NCBI GenBank assembly: GCA_947306125.1
Contig: CAMZFO010000002.1
Span: 12,366 to 76,365, forward strand
Source of the DNA: an uncultured Clostridia bacterium
Lineage (GTDB): Bacteria; Bacillota; Clostridia; Christensenellales; CAG-138
Reading direction: 5' to 3'
Length of the DNA stretch: 64,000 nt
Part shown: positions 49,501 through 57,237 of the stretch, one piece after another
Position numbering within the stretch: the stretch's first letter is position 1
Layout of the letters: the number at the start of each line of letters is the position of its first letter
The notes under the pieces: generated by a model
The model's input: only the letters and a program-made list of their open reading frames with translations
What the model was told of the DNA's origin: nothing
The model's database searches: none
Program-made: the position numbers and the translations under genes

Positions 49501-49524
49501 GCGATATTGCGCCCTCTTTTGCGG

Positions 49525-49553
49525 TTGCAAAACGAGATCGTCCGTGCTATAAT
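49525..49553 (+). promoter_or_regulatory. sigma-A type promoter for tRNA-Arg
   Basis: TTGCAA (49525-49530), 17 nt, TG-c-TATAAT (49545-49553), 14 nt upstream of the tRNA 5' end. Confidence 0.65.
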
Positions 49554-49567
49554 ACTTCAGCACATCT

Positions 49568-49644
49568 GCACCCGTAGCTCACCCGGATAGAGCGTATGCC
49601 TCCGGAGCATAAGGCAGTGGGTTCGAGTCCCGCCGGGTGCGCCA
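49568..49644 (+). tRNA. tRNA-Arg (anticodon CCG), CCA encoded
   Basis: Hand-folded cloverleaf: GCACCCG-TA-GCTC-ACCCGGATA-GAGC-G-TATGC-CTCCGGA-GCATA-AGGCA-GTGGG-TTCGAGT-CCCGC-CGGGTGC-G-CCA. Confidence 0.88.
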
Positions 49645-49679
49645 TTAAAAAGAGGGCCATGCGCCCTCTTTTTAATGGC
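49641..49679 (+). terminator. terminator: 39-nt palindrome that includes the tRNA GCCA end
   Basis: gccattaaaaagagggc-catgc-gccctctttttaatggc has a perfect 17-bp stem and a 5-nt loop, and the descending arm contains a T-run. Confidence 0.75.
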
Positions 49680-49690
49680 ATATTTGATCA

Positions 49691-49815
49691 GAGGGACTCG
49701 AAGGCCGTTAAGAAAACGCGAAGCGTTTTTAGGCCCGGGATTTCGTCGCAGAGCGAAGCTGCGCAGTGTGGAGCACAAGCAGCGAGACTCGATGCGCGAA
49801 ATCGAGTCCCGCCGG
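49691..49815. repeat. fragments of the tRNA-Arg T-arm/3' half in direct and inverted orientation
   Basis: tcgagtcccgccgg (49802-49815) is identical to tRNA positions 49623-49636. gggactcgaa (49693-49702) and gagactcgat (49784-49793) are inverted copies of the same segment. 49786-49793 with 49801-49808 forms an 8-bp hairpin. Confidence 0.6.
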
Positions 49816-49823
49816 CTTATGTA

Positions 49824-49900
49824 ATGATATCCGCTTTCGCGGATGATATCTGCCCTCGGCAGATGATATACCCTGCGGGTATGATATACGCTGCGCGTAT
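49824..49900. repeat. array of four adjacent short hairpins punctuated by ATGATAT direct repeats
   Basis: ATGATAT starts at 49824, 49843, 49863 and 49881 (spacing 19, 20 and 18 nt). Between the copies are the stems atccgc/gcggat, atctgcc/ggcagat, ataccc/gggtat and atacgc/gcgtat, whose cores differ but remain complementary. Confidence 0.6.
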
Positions 49901-50001
49901 TCGCAAGCCAAAAATAATTATTCCGCGCGTCAATGCCTCGATCCAACGAATCGACCCGCCAAATACCTCATTTCGCCGCCAACGCAGAAGCGCTTCCCCT
50001 G

Positions 50002-50030
50002 TTGCGCTCCGCCGCGCGCTGTTGTATAAT
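50002..50030 (+). promoter_or_regulatory. sigma-A type promoter for the isochorismatase-family gene
   Basis: TTGCGC (50002-50007), 17 nt, TATAAT (50025-50030). Confidence 0.5.
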
Positions 50031-50082
50031 CAGATCGATAAAACTGCGGAGCGTATGTTCCGCCAAATCAGGGAGGGCAAAA

Positions 50083-50607
50083 ATGATACTGCTTGTAGTG
50101 GATATGCAGAAAGCTTTGGTCGATGAGGATCTGTACGCCTATGAAACCTTCGTGGAAAGGACCGTTCGGCTGATCGGGGCCGCAAGGGAAAGCGGCGTTG
50201 AGGTCGTTTACGTTCGCCACGACGCGGGCCCGGGCAGCGGGCTCACCTTCGGGGACGAGGGCTTTGAGATCGCGGACGAGGTCGCACCGAGGCCGGATGA
50301 GAAGGTATTCGTCAAGACCATCAACAGCTGCTTCGGCAATACGGAATTCAGGGAATACATGGAGAAGCAGGAGGACAAGCGGGTCATGGTCATTGGCCTG
50401 CAGACGAATTACTGCATCGACGCCACTTTGAAATCCGCCTTTGAAAGGGGCTTCGACGTGATTATCTCCGAGGGGACGAACTCCACCTTCGACAACAACT
50501 ACATGAACGCCGAGACTACCGTGCGCTATTACAACGAGGACGTGTGGGAGGAGATCGTGGAAGCCGTGACCATGGATGAAGCGATCGAGCTGCTGAAAAG
50601 CAAGTGA
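50083..50607 (+). CDS. isochorismatase-family cysteine hydrolase (nicotinamidase-like)
   Basis: Starts MILLVVDMQKAL (catalytic Asp context), with VFVKT (Lys) and GLQTNYCIDATL (nucleophile Cys). I chose the start at the ATG behind GGGAGGG; the longer track ORF runs through the tRNA region. Confidence 0.75.
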   Translation: MILLVVDMQKALVDEDLYAYETFVERTVRLIGAARESGVEVVYVRHDAGPGSGLTFGDEGFEIADEVAPRPDEKVFVKTINSCFGNTEFREYMEKQEDKRVMVIGLQTNYCIDATLKSAFERGFDVIISEGTNSTFDNNYMNAETTVRYYNEDVWEEIVEAVTMDEAIELLKSK

Positions 50608-50637
50608 GGGGCTTTGAGCCAGAAGGCGAAAGGAAGC

Positions 50638-51102
50638 ATGAGCGGGTACATTTCGGAGCTAAGAAAGCTTGTCGGCCACAGGACGATAATACAGTGCGGC
50701 GCGAGCATCATCTGCGTGGATGGGCTCGGGCGAGTACTGCTGGGCAGGCGCGCGGATAACGGCAAATGGGGCTATTCCGGCGGCTCGATCGAGATAGACG
50801 AGGTCGTGGAGGAAAGCGCCAAGCGCGAGCTCAACGAGGAGATGGGGCTTGCTGCGGAGGAGCTCGAGTTCTTCTGCGTGAATTCCGGGCCGGAGGCGCA
50901 TTACGTCTACCCGAACGGGGACGAGGTCTCGAATATAGAGCTCGTCTACATCTGCAGAAGGTGGCTGGGCGAGCCGCGCGCGCTCGACGGAGAGCTTACG
51001 GAGCTCCGTTTCTTTGCGCCCGACGAGATCCGGCTTTCGGAGATCTCCCCTCCCATCCGGCCGGTGATCGTGAAGCTTATGGAAAAGCTCGCGAACCCGT
51101 GA
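50638..51102 (+). CDS. NUDIX hydrolase
   Basis: Nudix box GGSIEIDEVVEESAKRELNEEMGL. The start is at the ATG at 50638, after AAAGGAAG. Confidence 0.82.
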   Translation: MSGYISELRKLVGHRTIIQCGASIICVDGLGRVLLGRRADNGKWGYSGGSIEIDEVVEESAKRELNEEMGLAAEELEFFCVNSGPEAHYVYPNGDEVSNIELVYICRRWLGEPRALDGELTELRFFAPDEIRLSEISPPIRPVIVKLMEKLANP

Positions 51103-51185
51103 GCGGATAAGCGGCCCCCGGTTTACGGGAAAATGGACGGGCGCAGGCGACTCGCTCATTGGTTTAACTCAAGGAGGAAAAGCAG

Positions 51186-51950
51186 ATGATCACCGATTCA
51201 TTCGATATCGGCTCCCCGGCAAAGATAAACGTGCAGGCGAACCCGGAGGCGGTCAGGGTCGAAGCCGCGATATTCACCTTTTCTGACAGGATCGAGCGGT
51301 ACGTTACGGAAAACTACGATTGCGAGAAGGTCGGCGAGCTGGTCATGGCGCATGGGGTAAGCCCCGTCTACACATTTTGGCACAACGGAATGAGGTTCGG
51401 CTTCTTCAGGACTTGGGTCGGCGCCCCGGCCTGCGCGGCGACAGTAGAGGAGCTGCCAACGGTGCTCGATACCAAGAGGATCGTCCATTTCGGCGGCGCT
51501 GGCTGCCTTAATAAGGAGATCGCCCGCGGGAAGGTGATGGTGCCGACGGCCGCCTACCGGGACGAGGGCACATCCTACCACTACGCGCCCGCTTCCGATT
51601 ACATCGAGATTGAAAACTCCGGCATAGTCGCCGAATTCATGCGCGAAAACGGCATTCCATACGCGCTCGGCAAGACGTGGACTACGGACGCCTTCTATCG
51701 GGAGACGCTCAACAACTTCGAAAAGCGCAAGGCGGAGGGCTGCATCTCCGTTGAGATGGAGGGCGCGGCCGTTCAGGCGGTGTGCCGCTTCCGCGGGCTG
51801 GAGGTATACATGTTCTTCACAAGCGGCGATCTGCTCGACGCGCCGGAATGGACCGCAAGGCGGGAGCATGGCCAGGTGAAGCATACCCAGCACGATCCCG
51901 GGCATTTCGAGATCGCGCTTGCGCTCGCGGAGTACGCAGCAAGCAAGTAA
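51186..51950 (+). CDS. nucleoside phosphorylase-family protein (PNP_UDP_1, uridine-phosphorylase-like)
   Basis: 254 aa with FGGAGCLNKEI...VMVPTAAYRDEGTSYHY...SVEMEGAAV, a pattern typical of the PNP/UDP phosphorylase fold. A GGAGGA RBS is present. Confidence 0.7.
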   Translation: MITDSFDIGSPAKINVQANPEAVRVEAAIFTFSDRIERYVTENYDCEKVGELVMAHGVSPVYTFWHNGMRFGFFRTWVGAPACAATVEELPTVLDTKRIVHFGGAGCLNKEIARGKVMVPTAAYRDEGTSYHYAPASDYIEIENSGIVAEFMRENGIPYALGKTWTTDAFYRETLNNFEKRKAEGCISVEMEGAAVQAVCRFRGLEVYMFFTSGDLLDAPEWTARREHGQVKHTQHDPGHFEIALALAEYAASK

Positions 51951-51965
51951 ATAACAGATGAAAGC

Positions 51966-52010
51966 AGAGGCGGAGTTGGGTCGGATGAGCCCGATTCGCC
52001 TCTTTTGTTT
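51966..52010 (+). terminator. probable rho-independent terminator
   Basis: Outer stem agaggcg/cgcctct with an inner tcgg/ccga stem, followed by TTTTGTTT. Confidence 0.55.
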
Positions 52011-52138
52011 GGCTATTGGGGCTTCGACGCCTTGCGAGGCGGGCGAGTGTTTCATTTGGGAATTGAAATTATCACAGAGTCGTGTATAATTTGAATATAA
52101 AACAAACTGGATAACTACACGAAAAGCGAGTCAATGCA

Positions 52139-53899
52139 ATGAGATATAAACGAATACTTGCTTTGCTCCAGACGGCTGCTTTGCTCCTTTGCGCCTTCGG
52201 CTGCGCAAAGAAGCCCGGGGAAGCAACGCAGACGGAAGCTCCCGCCGGCAAGACCCCTGCCCCTGCCGAGTCCGAGGCCACGGCTGAGCCTGCCGAAAGC
52301 CAGACCGAGGCCCCCGACGCCGCGCTTATCCGCATGAAAAACGGCGGCACTCTGCGATTCCTTCCGGATGAACCGATAGATGTGCCGAAGCTCATCGAGA
52401 TGGTCTATGCCCGCCCGGATACGGATTCTTTGATCGCGGGATACGAGGCGCTGACAGAAAAGGCGGCCTCCTGCACCGACGCCAATGAACTGCTGAACGA
52501 CTATTACCCGATTGCGGAGCAGCGGCATGATTACGATTCCATGTATTCGCTTTCGTACTTCAGGTACTGCTTGGATATCGACGACGACAACTGGGCCGAC
52601 GAGTACGATTTCTGCGATGAGCAGCTTGCGATGGTGCAGGAAAAGCAGAATGCGCTCTACGCCGCACTCGCCGCCTCCCCCTGCCGCTCCGAGCTTGAGC
52701 AGGCGTATTTCAGCGAGGGCTTCTTTGCCGATTACGATAACTTCAACGAGGCGGAGGAAAGATACTTCGATCTGAAGCAGCAGGAAAACGACCTGCTCTT
52801 CCGCTACTACGATCTGCGCGCTTCCGCCGGGCTTTCCGCTTACAGGCAGATCGAAGAGAATCACGACGCTCTGGGCGAGCTCTTCATCGAGCTCGTTAAG
52901 CTGCGCGATGAGATCGCCGCCGCGAAGGGATACGACAATTACATGGATTACAGCTACGCGTGCGACTATATGCGCGATTACACCACGGCCGAGGCGCGCG
53001 GATACCTGGAGCAGGTAAAGGCGCTGCTCGCCCCGATGATGGAGGACGGCAGAATCGCCGAGGATTTCTCGTGGTATGCCGATTGGAACGAATCCAAGTC
53101 GATCGATATCCTCTCCTCCGCCGCGGAGAAGATGGGCGGCCCCATCCTGGACGCCTTCCGGTTCATGTACGACAGGGAGCTTTACGATATCTCCTACCGC
53201 TCGAACAAGATGAACACCGGCTATACGGATTACATCGAAAACTATGAGGCGCCCATACTATTCGTGGATCCGAGCGGAAGGGACCTTTTGGTCACGCTGG
53301 TACACGAATTCGGGCATTTCACTGACGCATACTGCAATTACGGATTCTCCGACAGCTACGAGATCTCCGAGACCTATTCCCAGGCGATGCAGTACCTTGC
53401 CTTTGCCTATGCCGAGCCCTTCACGGACCGCGGGCGGGCGATGAACCTGCGTGCCACGCTTTCGGATCTGCTGGTCTACTCCGTGCTGCGCGAGGCGGCC
53501 TTTGCCGATTTCGAGCTGCAGGTCTATTCGCTTGAGCCGGAGGAGCTGACATTGGAAAAGCTCGATTCGGTGTATGGGCAGTGCATAGCCGATTACGGGC
53601 TTTCGGGGCTTGACAGCATATGGTCGAACGCGATCTACTGGGTCGCCTGCAACCATTTCTACGCCTACCCCGGGTACGTGATAAGCTATTCCGTTTCGGC
53701 GCTCGCCGCAATGCAGATCTGCCGTATGGAGGCGGATGAGCCGGGAGCGGGGGTCGAGGCCTTCTGCCGCTTGCTTCGCCGCACCCACTGCAAGAAATTC
53801 GCCGCCGTGCTGGAGGAAGCCGGGCTCGACAGCCCGTTTGAGGCCGCCACTATGGAAAAGACCGCGGAATTCCTGAAGGAAGCCTTCGGGATGAACTGA
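52139..53899 (+). CDS. M3-family (oligoendopeptidase F-like) zinc metallopeptidase with a lipoprotein signal
   Basis: 586 aa with the lipobox LLLCAFGCAK. The zinc site HEFGH has a downstream Glu (EISETYSQ), as in M3B peptidases. Confidence 0.65.
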   Translation: MRYKRILALLQTAALLLCAFGCAKKPGEATQTEAPAGKTPAPAESEATAEPAESQTEAPDAALIRMKNGGTLRFLPDEPIDVPKLIEMVYARPDTDSLIAGYEALTEKAASCTDANELLNDYYPIAEQRHDYDSMYSLSYFRYCLDIDDDNWADEYDFCDEQLAMVQEKQNALYAALAASPCRSELEQAYFSEGFFADYDNFNEAEERYFDLKQQENDLLFRYYDLRASAGLSAYRQIEENHDALGELFIELVKLRDEIAAAKGYDNYMDYSYACDYMRDYTTAEARGYLEQVKALLAPMMEDGRIAEDFSWYADWNESKSIDILSSAAEKMGGPILDAFRFMYDRELYDISYRSNKMNTGYTDYIENYEAPILFVDPSGRDLLVTLVHEFGHFTDAYCNYGFSDSYEISETYSQAMQYLAFAYAEPFTDRGRAMNLRATLSDLLVYSVLREAAFADFELQVYSLEPEELTLEKLDSVYGQCIADYGLSGLDSIWSNAIYWVACNHFYAYPGYVISYSVSALAAMQICRMEADEPGAGVEAFCRLLRRTHCKKFAAVLEEAGLDSPFEAATMEKTAEFLKEAFGMN

Positions 53900-53917
53900 G
53901 AATGATCGCTGCATGAC

Positions 53918-53945
53918 AAAAGAGGCAGTTGACGCTGCCTCTTTT
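53918..53945. terminator. bidirectional rho-independent terminator
   Basis: aaaagaggcag-ttgacg-ctgcctctttt has an 11-bp stem with A and T flanks, between convergent genes. Confidence 0.8.
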
Positions 53946-53963
53946 CATTATATCGTGCTGCTT

Positions 53964-55124
53964 TTACTTCAATACATCAAGGAACGATTCTCCGCAGCGC
54001 CATTTCTCGCCCGTCAGATATTCATAGACGGTCGCGCCGATATCCGCAAAGCTCCTGCGCGTGCCGAGCTTGCCGGGCTTGCCCCTGCCTATGAGCGCGA
54101 GTATGGGGATATACTCCCTTGTGTGATCAGTGCCCGGGAAGCAGGGATCGCAGCCGTGATCGGCGGTTATTATGAGCAGATCGTCAGCTGTCATGGAATC
54201 CAGTATCTCGGGTATCTTGGAATCGAAATACTCGAGCGCGCGGGCGTAGCCCTCCGCGTCATTCCTGTGTCCGTAAAGCATATCCGTATCAACGAGATTG
54301 GTGAATATGAAGTCTCCCCTGCCCTCCTTGAGGAAGCGGATGGTCGCCTCAATGCCGTCGGGATTGTTCTTGGTGTGATCGACGGTCGTAATTCCGCGGT
54401 GAGCGAAGATGTCCTCTATCTTGCCTATGCCGACTACTTCCATGCCCTTTGCGGAAAGCGCGTCGAGTATGGTATCTTCCATGGGCTCAAGCGCGTAATC
54501 GCGGCGATTTTCGGTCCTCGTATAGACTCCGTTGCCGCCGACGAAAGGCCTTGCTATGACTCTGCCGACGAGATTATCGCCGACGAGCATCTCACGCGCG
54601 GTCTCGCAGAAACCGTAGAGCTGCTCGAGAGGTATTACGTCCTCATGCGCGGCTATCTGGAAAACGCTGTCCGCGGAGGTATAGACTATCGGCTTGCCCG
54701 TAGCCATATGCTCGTCGCCCAGGCGCTGTATTATCTCCGTACCGGAAGCGACCTCGTTTCCGAGCGTGCCCCTGCCGATCCTTCTCTCGAACTCCGCGAT
54801 AACGTCCGCAGGGAATCCGTCCGGATAAGTGCGGAAGGGGATCTCCATCGGGAAGCCCGCCATCTCCCAATGACCGCTCGTGGTATCCTTGGCCTTAGTC
54901 AGCTCAAGCGACCTGCCGTATGCGGCGGAGGGGAACATAACGCGGGACATCATAGAGCCTTCGATATTGCCGAGGCCCATCGAGATCATGTTCGGTATGC
55001 GTATCCTGCGGTGGGCAAAAACGTGCCCCAGGGTGTGCGCGCCTATATCGCCGAACTCAATAGCATCCGGAAGATGCCCAATACCGACGCTGTCAAGGAC
55101 TATTATGGTTGCTCTCTTTTTCAT
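53964..55124 (-). CDS. deoB: phosphopentomutase
   Basis: Starts MKKRATIIVLDSVGIG, with TSGHWEMAG and ITADHGCDP. The start is at the ATG at 55124, 7 nt after GGGGGA; the track ORF starts at an upstream TTG. Confidence 0.92.
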   Translation of the reverse strand: MKKRATIIVLDSVGIGHLPDAIEFGDIGAHTLGHVFAHRRIRIPNMISMGLGNIEGSMMSRVMFPSAAYGRSLELTKAKDTTSGHWEMAGFPMEIPFRTYPDGFPADVIAEFERRIGRGTLGNEVASGTEIIQRLGDEHMATGKPIVYTSADSVFQIAAHEDVIPLEQLYGFCETAREMLVGDNLVGRVIARPFVGGNGVYTRTENRRDYALEPMEDTILDALSAKGMEVVGIGKIEDIFAHRGITTVDHTKNNPDGIEATIRFLKEGRGDFIFTNLVDTDMLYGHRNDAEGYARALEYFDSKIPEILDSMTADDLLIITADHGCDPCFPGTDHTREYIPILALIGRGKPGKLGTRRSFADIGATVYEYLTGEKWRCGESFLDVLK

Positions 55125-55141
55125 ATTCGTATCCCCCTGTA

Positions 55142-55939
55142 TCAATAATCTATCGCAAGCCTCGCAATGAATTCGGCATTCGTGGGCTTGCCCCTGTTTT
55201 CATCAACACTTATGCCGAACGTAAGGTGCTGATAATCTATATCGCCAACCACCCACGCGGTCTCTATGGCGTATCTTATCGCCTTTTCGACCGCAAGCGG
55301 AGTAGTATCGTAGTATTCGGCGACGCGCTCATACAGCTTCTTGGGCTCGACCGCCGACCTCGTCGCGCTTTGGAGCGCTATAGCCGCTATGAGGTATTTA
55401 TGCCCCGCGAGCTCGCGCTTGACGCCGAGCCTGTCCAGCCTTTCGGAGATGGAGCTCCTGAGGCTGAGCTCGTCCCTTGAGTAGTCGTTCCAGATCATAT
55501 CGGTGACAATGGGCATCTGCCCGGAAATGGACTTGAGGTTGACGCCGTATTTGACGTTCACCTTATACGCGCGGAGTATCTGGAGAGCGTCCTTCCTCGG
55601 CTCTCCGGAGCGCTCCACGATGCAGGTGACTATCTGCTCGTCCGCGAGCCTGCGCGTGCTGTCGTTTTCGGCAGGTACGAGACCGACGCTGACGGACTGA
55701 CGGTACTTATTGATCCGGGAAGCCCTTACCGCTATGCTTATGTTATGCGGGTCGAGTATCATGAATATGAGCATGGGCTCGTAGGTATAACATCTTTCGA
55801 TAAGCTCCTCCTCGGTCGATACGTCGATTATCTTCATATCGGCCTGCGAGGAAAGGACCTCCTTGACGCCCTTTATGTAATCATCCTCCCTACCCAGAAA
55901 CAGACAGCGATGCTCGATTATCAGCGAATCCTTTTTCAT
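55142..55939 (-). CDS. spo0A: Spo0A-like regulator: Spo0A_C DNA-binding domain with an atypical, degenerate receiver domain
   Basis: The C-terminal half has LGVKRELAGHKYLIAAI, TTPLAVEKAIRYAIETAW and GKPTNAEFIARLA, all Spo0A hallmark motifs. The gene lies in the conserved position after spoIVB. The N-terminal ~120 aa only loosely resembles a CheY-like receiver (see findings). Confidence 0.75.
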   Translation of the reverse strand: MKKDSLIIEHRCLFLGREDDYIKGVKEVLSSQADMKIIDVSTEEELIERCYTYEPMLIFMILDPHNISIAVRASRINKYRQSVSVGLVPAENDSTRRLADEQIVTCIVERSGEPRKDALQILRAYKVNVKYGVNLKSISGQMPIVTDMIWNDYSRDELSLRSSISERLDRLGVKRELAGHKYLIAAIALQSATRSAVEPKKLYERVAEYYDTTPLAVEKAIRYAIETAWVVGDIDYQHLTFGISVDENRGKPTNAEFIARLAIDY

Positions 55940-57171
55940 CGATCTCCTCCTTCACTTTCCTTATACATCCAGTAAGCGTATGCTCCGAAGCCCTTGAGCG
56001 GGTCGTTTATGAATACGTGCGTCACGGCGCCGACTATGCGCCCGTCCTGCAGTATGGGGCTTCCGCTCATGCCCTGCACGATGCCACCCGTGAGCTCTAT
56101 GAGCCGCCGATCTGTGATCTCGACCACTATGCCCTTCGGCGCGGGCGCGTTCTGCCGTCCCGTTTTGACTATCCTGCAGGAATACTCCTCAACTATGCCT
56201 GAAGCCGAAGACAGTATCACGGCCTCCCCCGTATGCACCTCGTCCGGGAACGCCACGGGTATCTCGTCGCCGCACAGGAGCGGACAGCTTTGGGACGCGG
56301 AGCCGAAAACGCCGAGCTCGGTATTCGCCGAGACTATCCCGTATACGGCGCTTGATGAATCGAAGGTCCCGTGAAGCTCGCCCGGAACGCCCTGTCTTCC
56401 CTTGGTGACCCCGAGTATAGACGCCGCAACGAGCTTGCCGTCGGAAACGCTTATCATGGCGCCCGTATCGGCGTCAATGACCGGATGCCCGAGCGCCGCT
56501 ATAAGTCCGGTATCCGGATCGCAGAAGGACAGTGTGCCGACGCCTACCGTGCTGTCGCGCACCCAGGCGCCTATCCTTACGCTTCCGCCCTCGTCCTTAG
56601 CGGGCTTAACGGTCACGGTGAACCTCTTGCCGCCGCGTTCGGCTTCAACTGCGGCTTCATTGCCGCCGCTTTCAAAAGCCGCCGCAAGCTCATCAGAAGA
56701 GGCGACAGGCGAGCCGTTCACGCTGAAAATTACGTCCCCCGCCTGAAGGCCGGCATCGGAAGCCGGAGAGACCCTTCTCCCATCCGAGCTTACAAATCCT
56801 CCCGTGCCGACAACGAGCACGCCGTCGGTATATATGCTTATGCCGACGGGATCTCCTCCGGGGACGACCTCGGCTCTTTCGCCGATGTACGCGGGTATGC
56901 GCTTCATGGGGAGCGCGTTGAAAAGCTTGAACGAGACGTCGCTCCTGCCGAGCTTTTCGTCGCCGGAATTGACCGCCGCAACCGAGACGCTTCCCGGAAG
57001 GGCGTATCCGCCCAGCCTTTCATAAAGGCTCGATTCCGATTCCGCGTAAAAAACCTCGGGAGCGTTCCTGAATTCCGTCATCAGCCTTCCGTGATTGAAG
57101 GCGAATATCGCAAAAGCGGCAAGCGCCGCGGCAATTCTTTTTATACCTGCTTTACGTACCGATACCTGCAT
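55936..57171 (-). CDS. spoIVB: SpoIVB peptidase (S55) with a PDZ domain
   Basis: 411 aa with GVGTLSFCDPDTGLIAALGHPV (catalytic His), GMSGSPIL (catalytic Ser) and a PDZ segment. Confidence 0.9.
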   Translation of the reverse strand: MQVSVRKAGIKRIAAALAAFAIFAFNHGRLMTEFRNAPEVFYAESESSLYERLGGYALPGSVSVAAVNSGDEKLGRSDVSFKLFNALPMKRIPAYIGERAEVVPGGDPVGISIYTDGVLVVGTGGFVSSDGRRVSPASDAGLQAGDVIFSVNGSPVASSDELAAAFESGGNEAAVEAERGGKRFTVTVKPAKDEGGSVRIGAWVRDSTVGVGTLSFCDPDTGLIAALGHPVIDADTGAMISVSDGKLVAASILGVTKGRQGVPGELHGTFDSSSAVYGIVSANTELGVFGSASQSCPLLCGDEIPVAFPDEVHTGEAVILSSASGIVEEYSCRIVKTGRQNAPAPKGIVVEITDRRLIELTGGIVQGMSGSPILQDGRIVGAVTHVFINDPLKGFGAYAYWMYKESEGGDR

Positions 57172-57237
57172 CGACTTTCCCTTTCTTCAACAAACTGATC
57201 TAAAACAGTTTTTATCGGAAAGGCGATGGGTATTCGG

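Noticed and set aside
49730-49820. Possible second tRNA or tRNA pseudogene downstream of tRNA-Arg
   Set aside because: Only the T-loop/3' segment is similar. I could not fold an acceptor stem, D-arm or anticodon arm, and the would-be T-loop is 9 nt. I treated it as repeat fragments instead.
49824-49900. Mini CRISPR array
   Set aside because: The repeat unit is only 7 nt with 11-13 nt palindromic spacers, far from CRISPR dimensions, and there are no cas genes in the window.
49596-50126. 176-aa + strand ORF (and the minus-strand ORF at 49557-49946) covering tRNA-Arg and the repeat region
   Set aside because: They overlap a tRNA gene, its terminator and the hairpin array. They are reading-frame accidents in a stop-poor, GC-rich spacer.
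51198-52864. 285-aa and 249-aa minus-strand ORFs opposite the phosphorylase and M3 genes
   Set aside because: They are shadow ORFs antisense to genes with good RBS sites and family motifs. One of them also runs through a terminator and a promoter.
53913-55148. 411-aa + strand ORF coextensive with deoB
   Set aside because: deoB on the minus strand is unambiguous. The + frame starts inside a bidirectional terminator and has no motifs.
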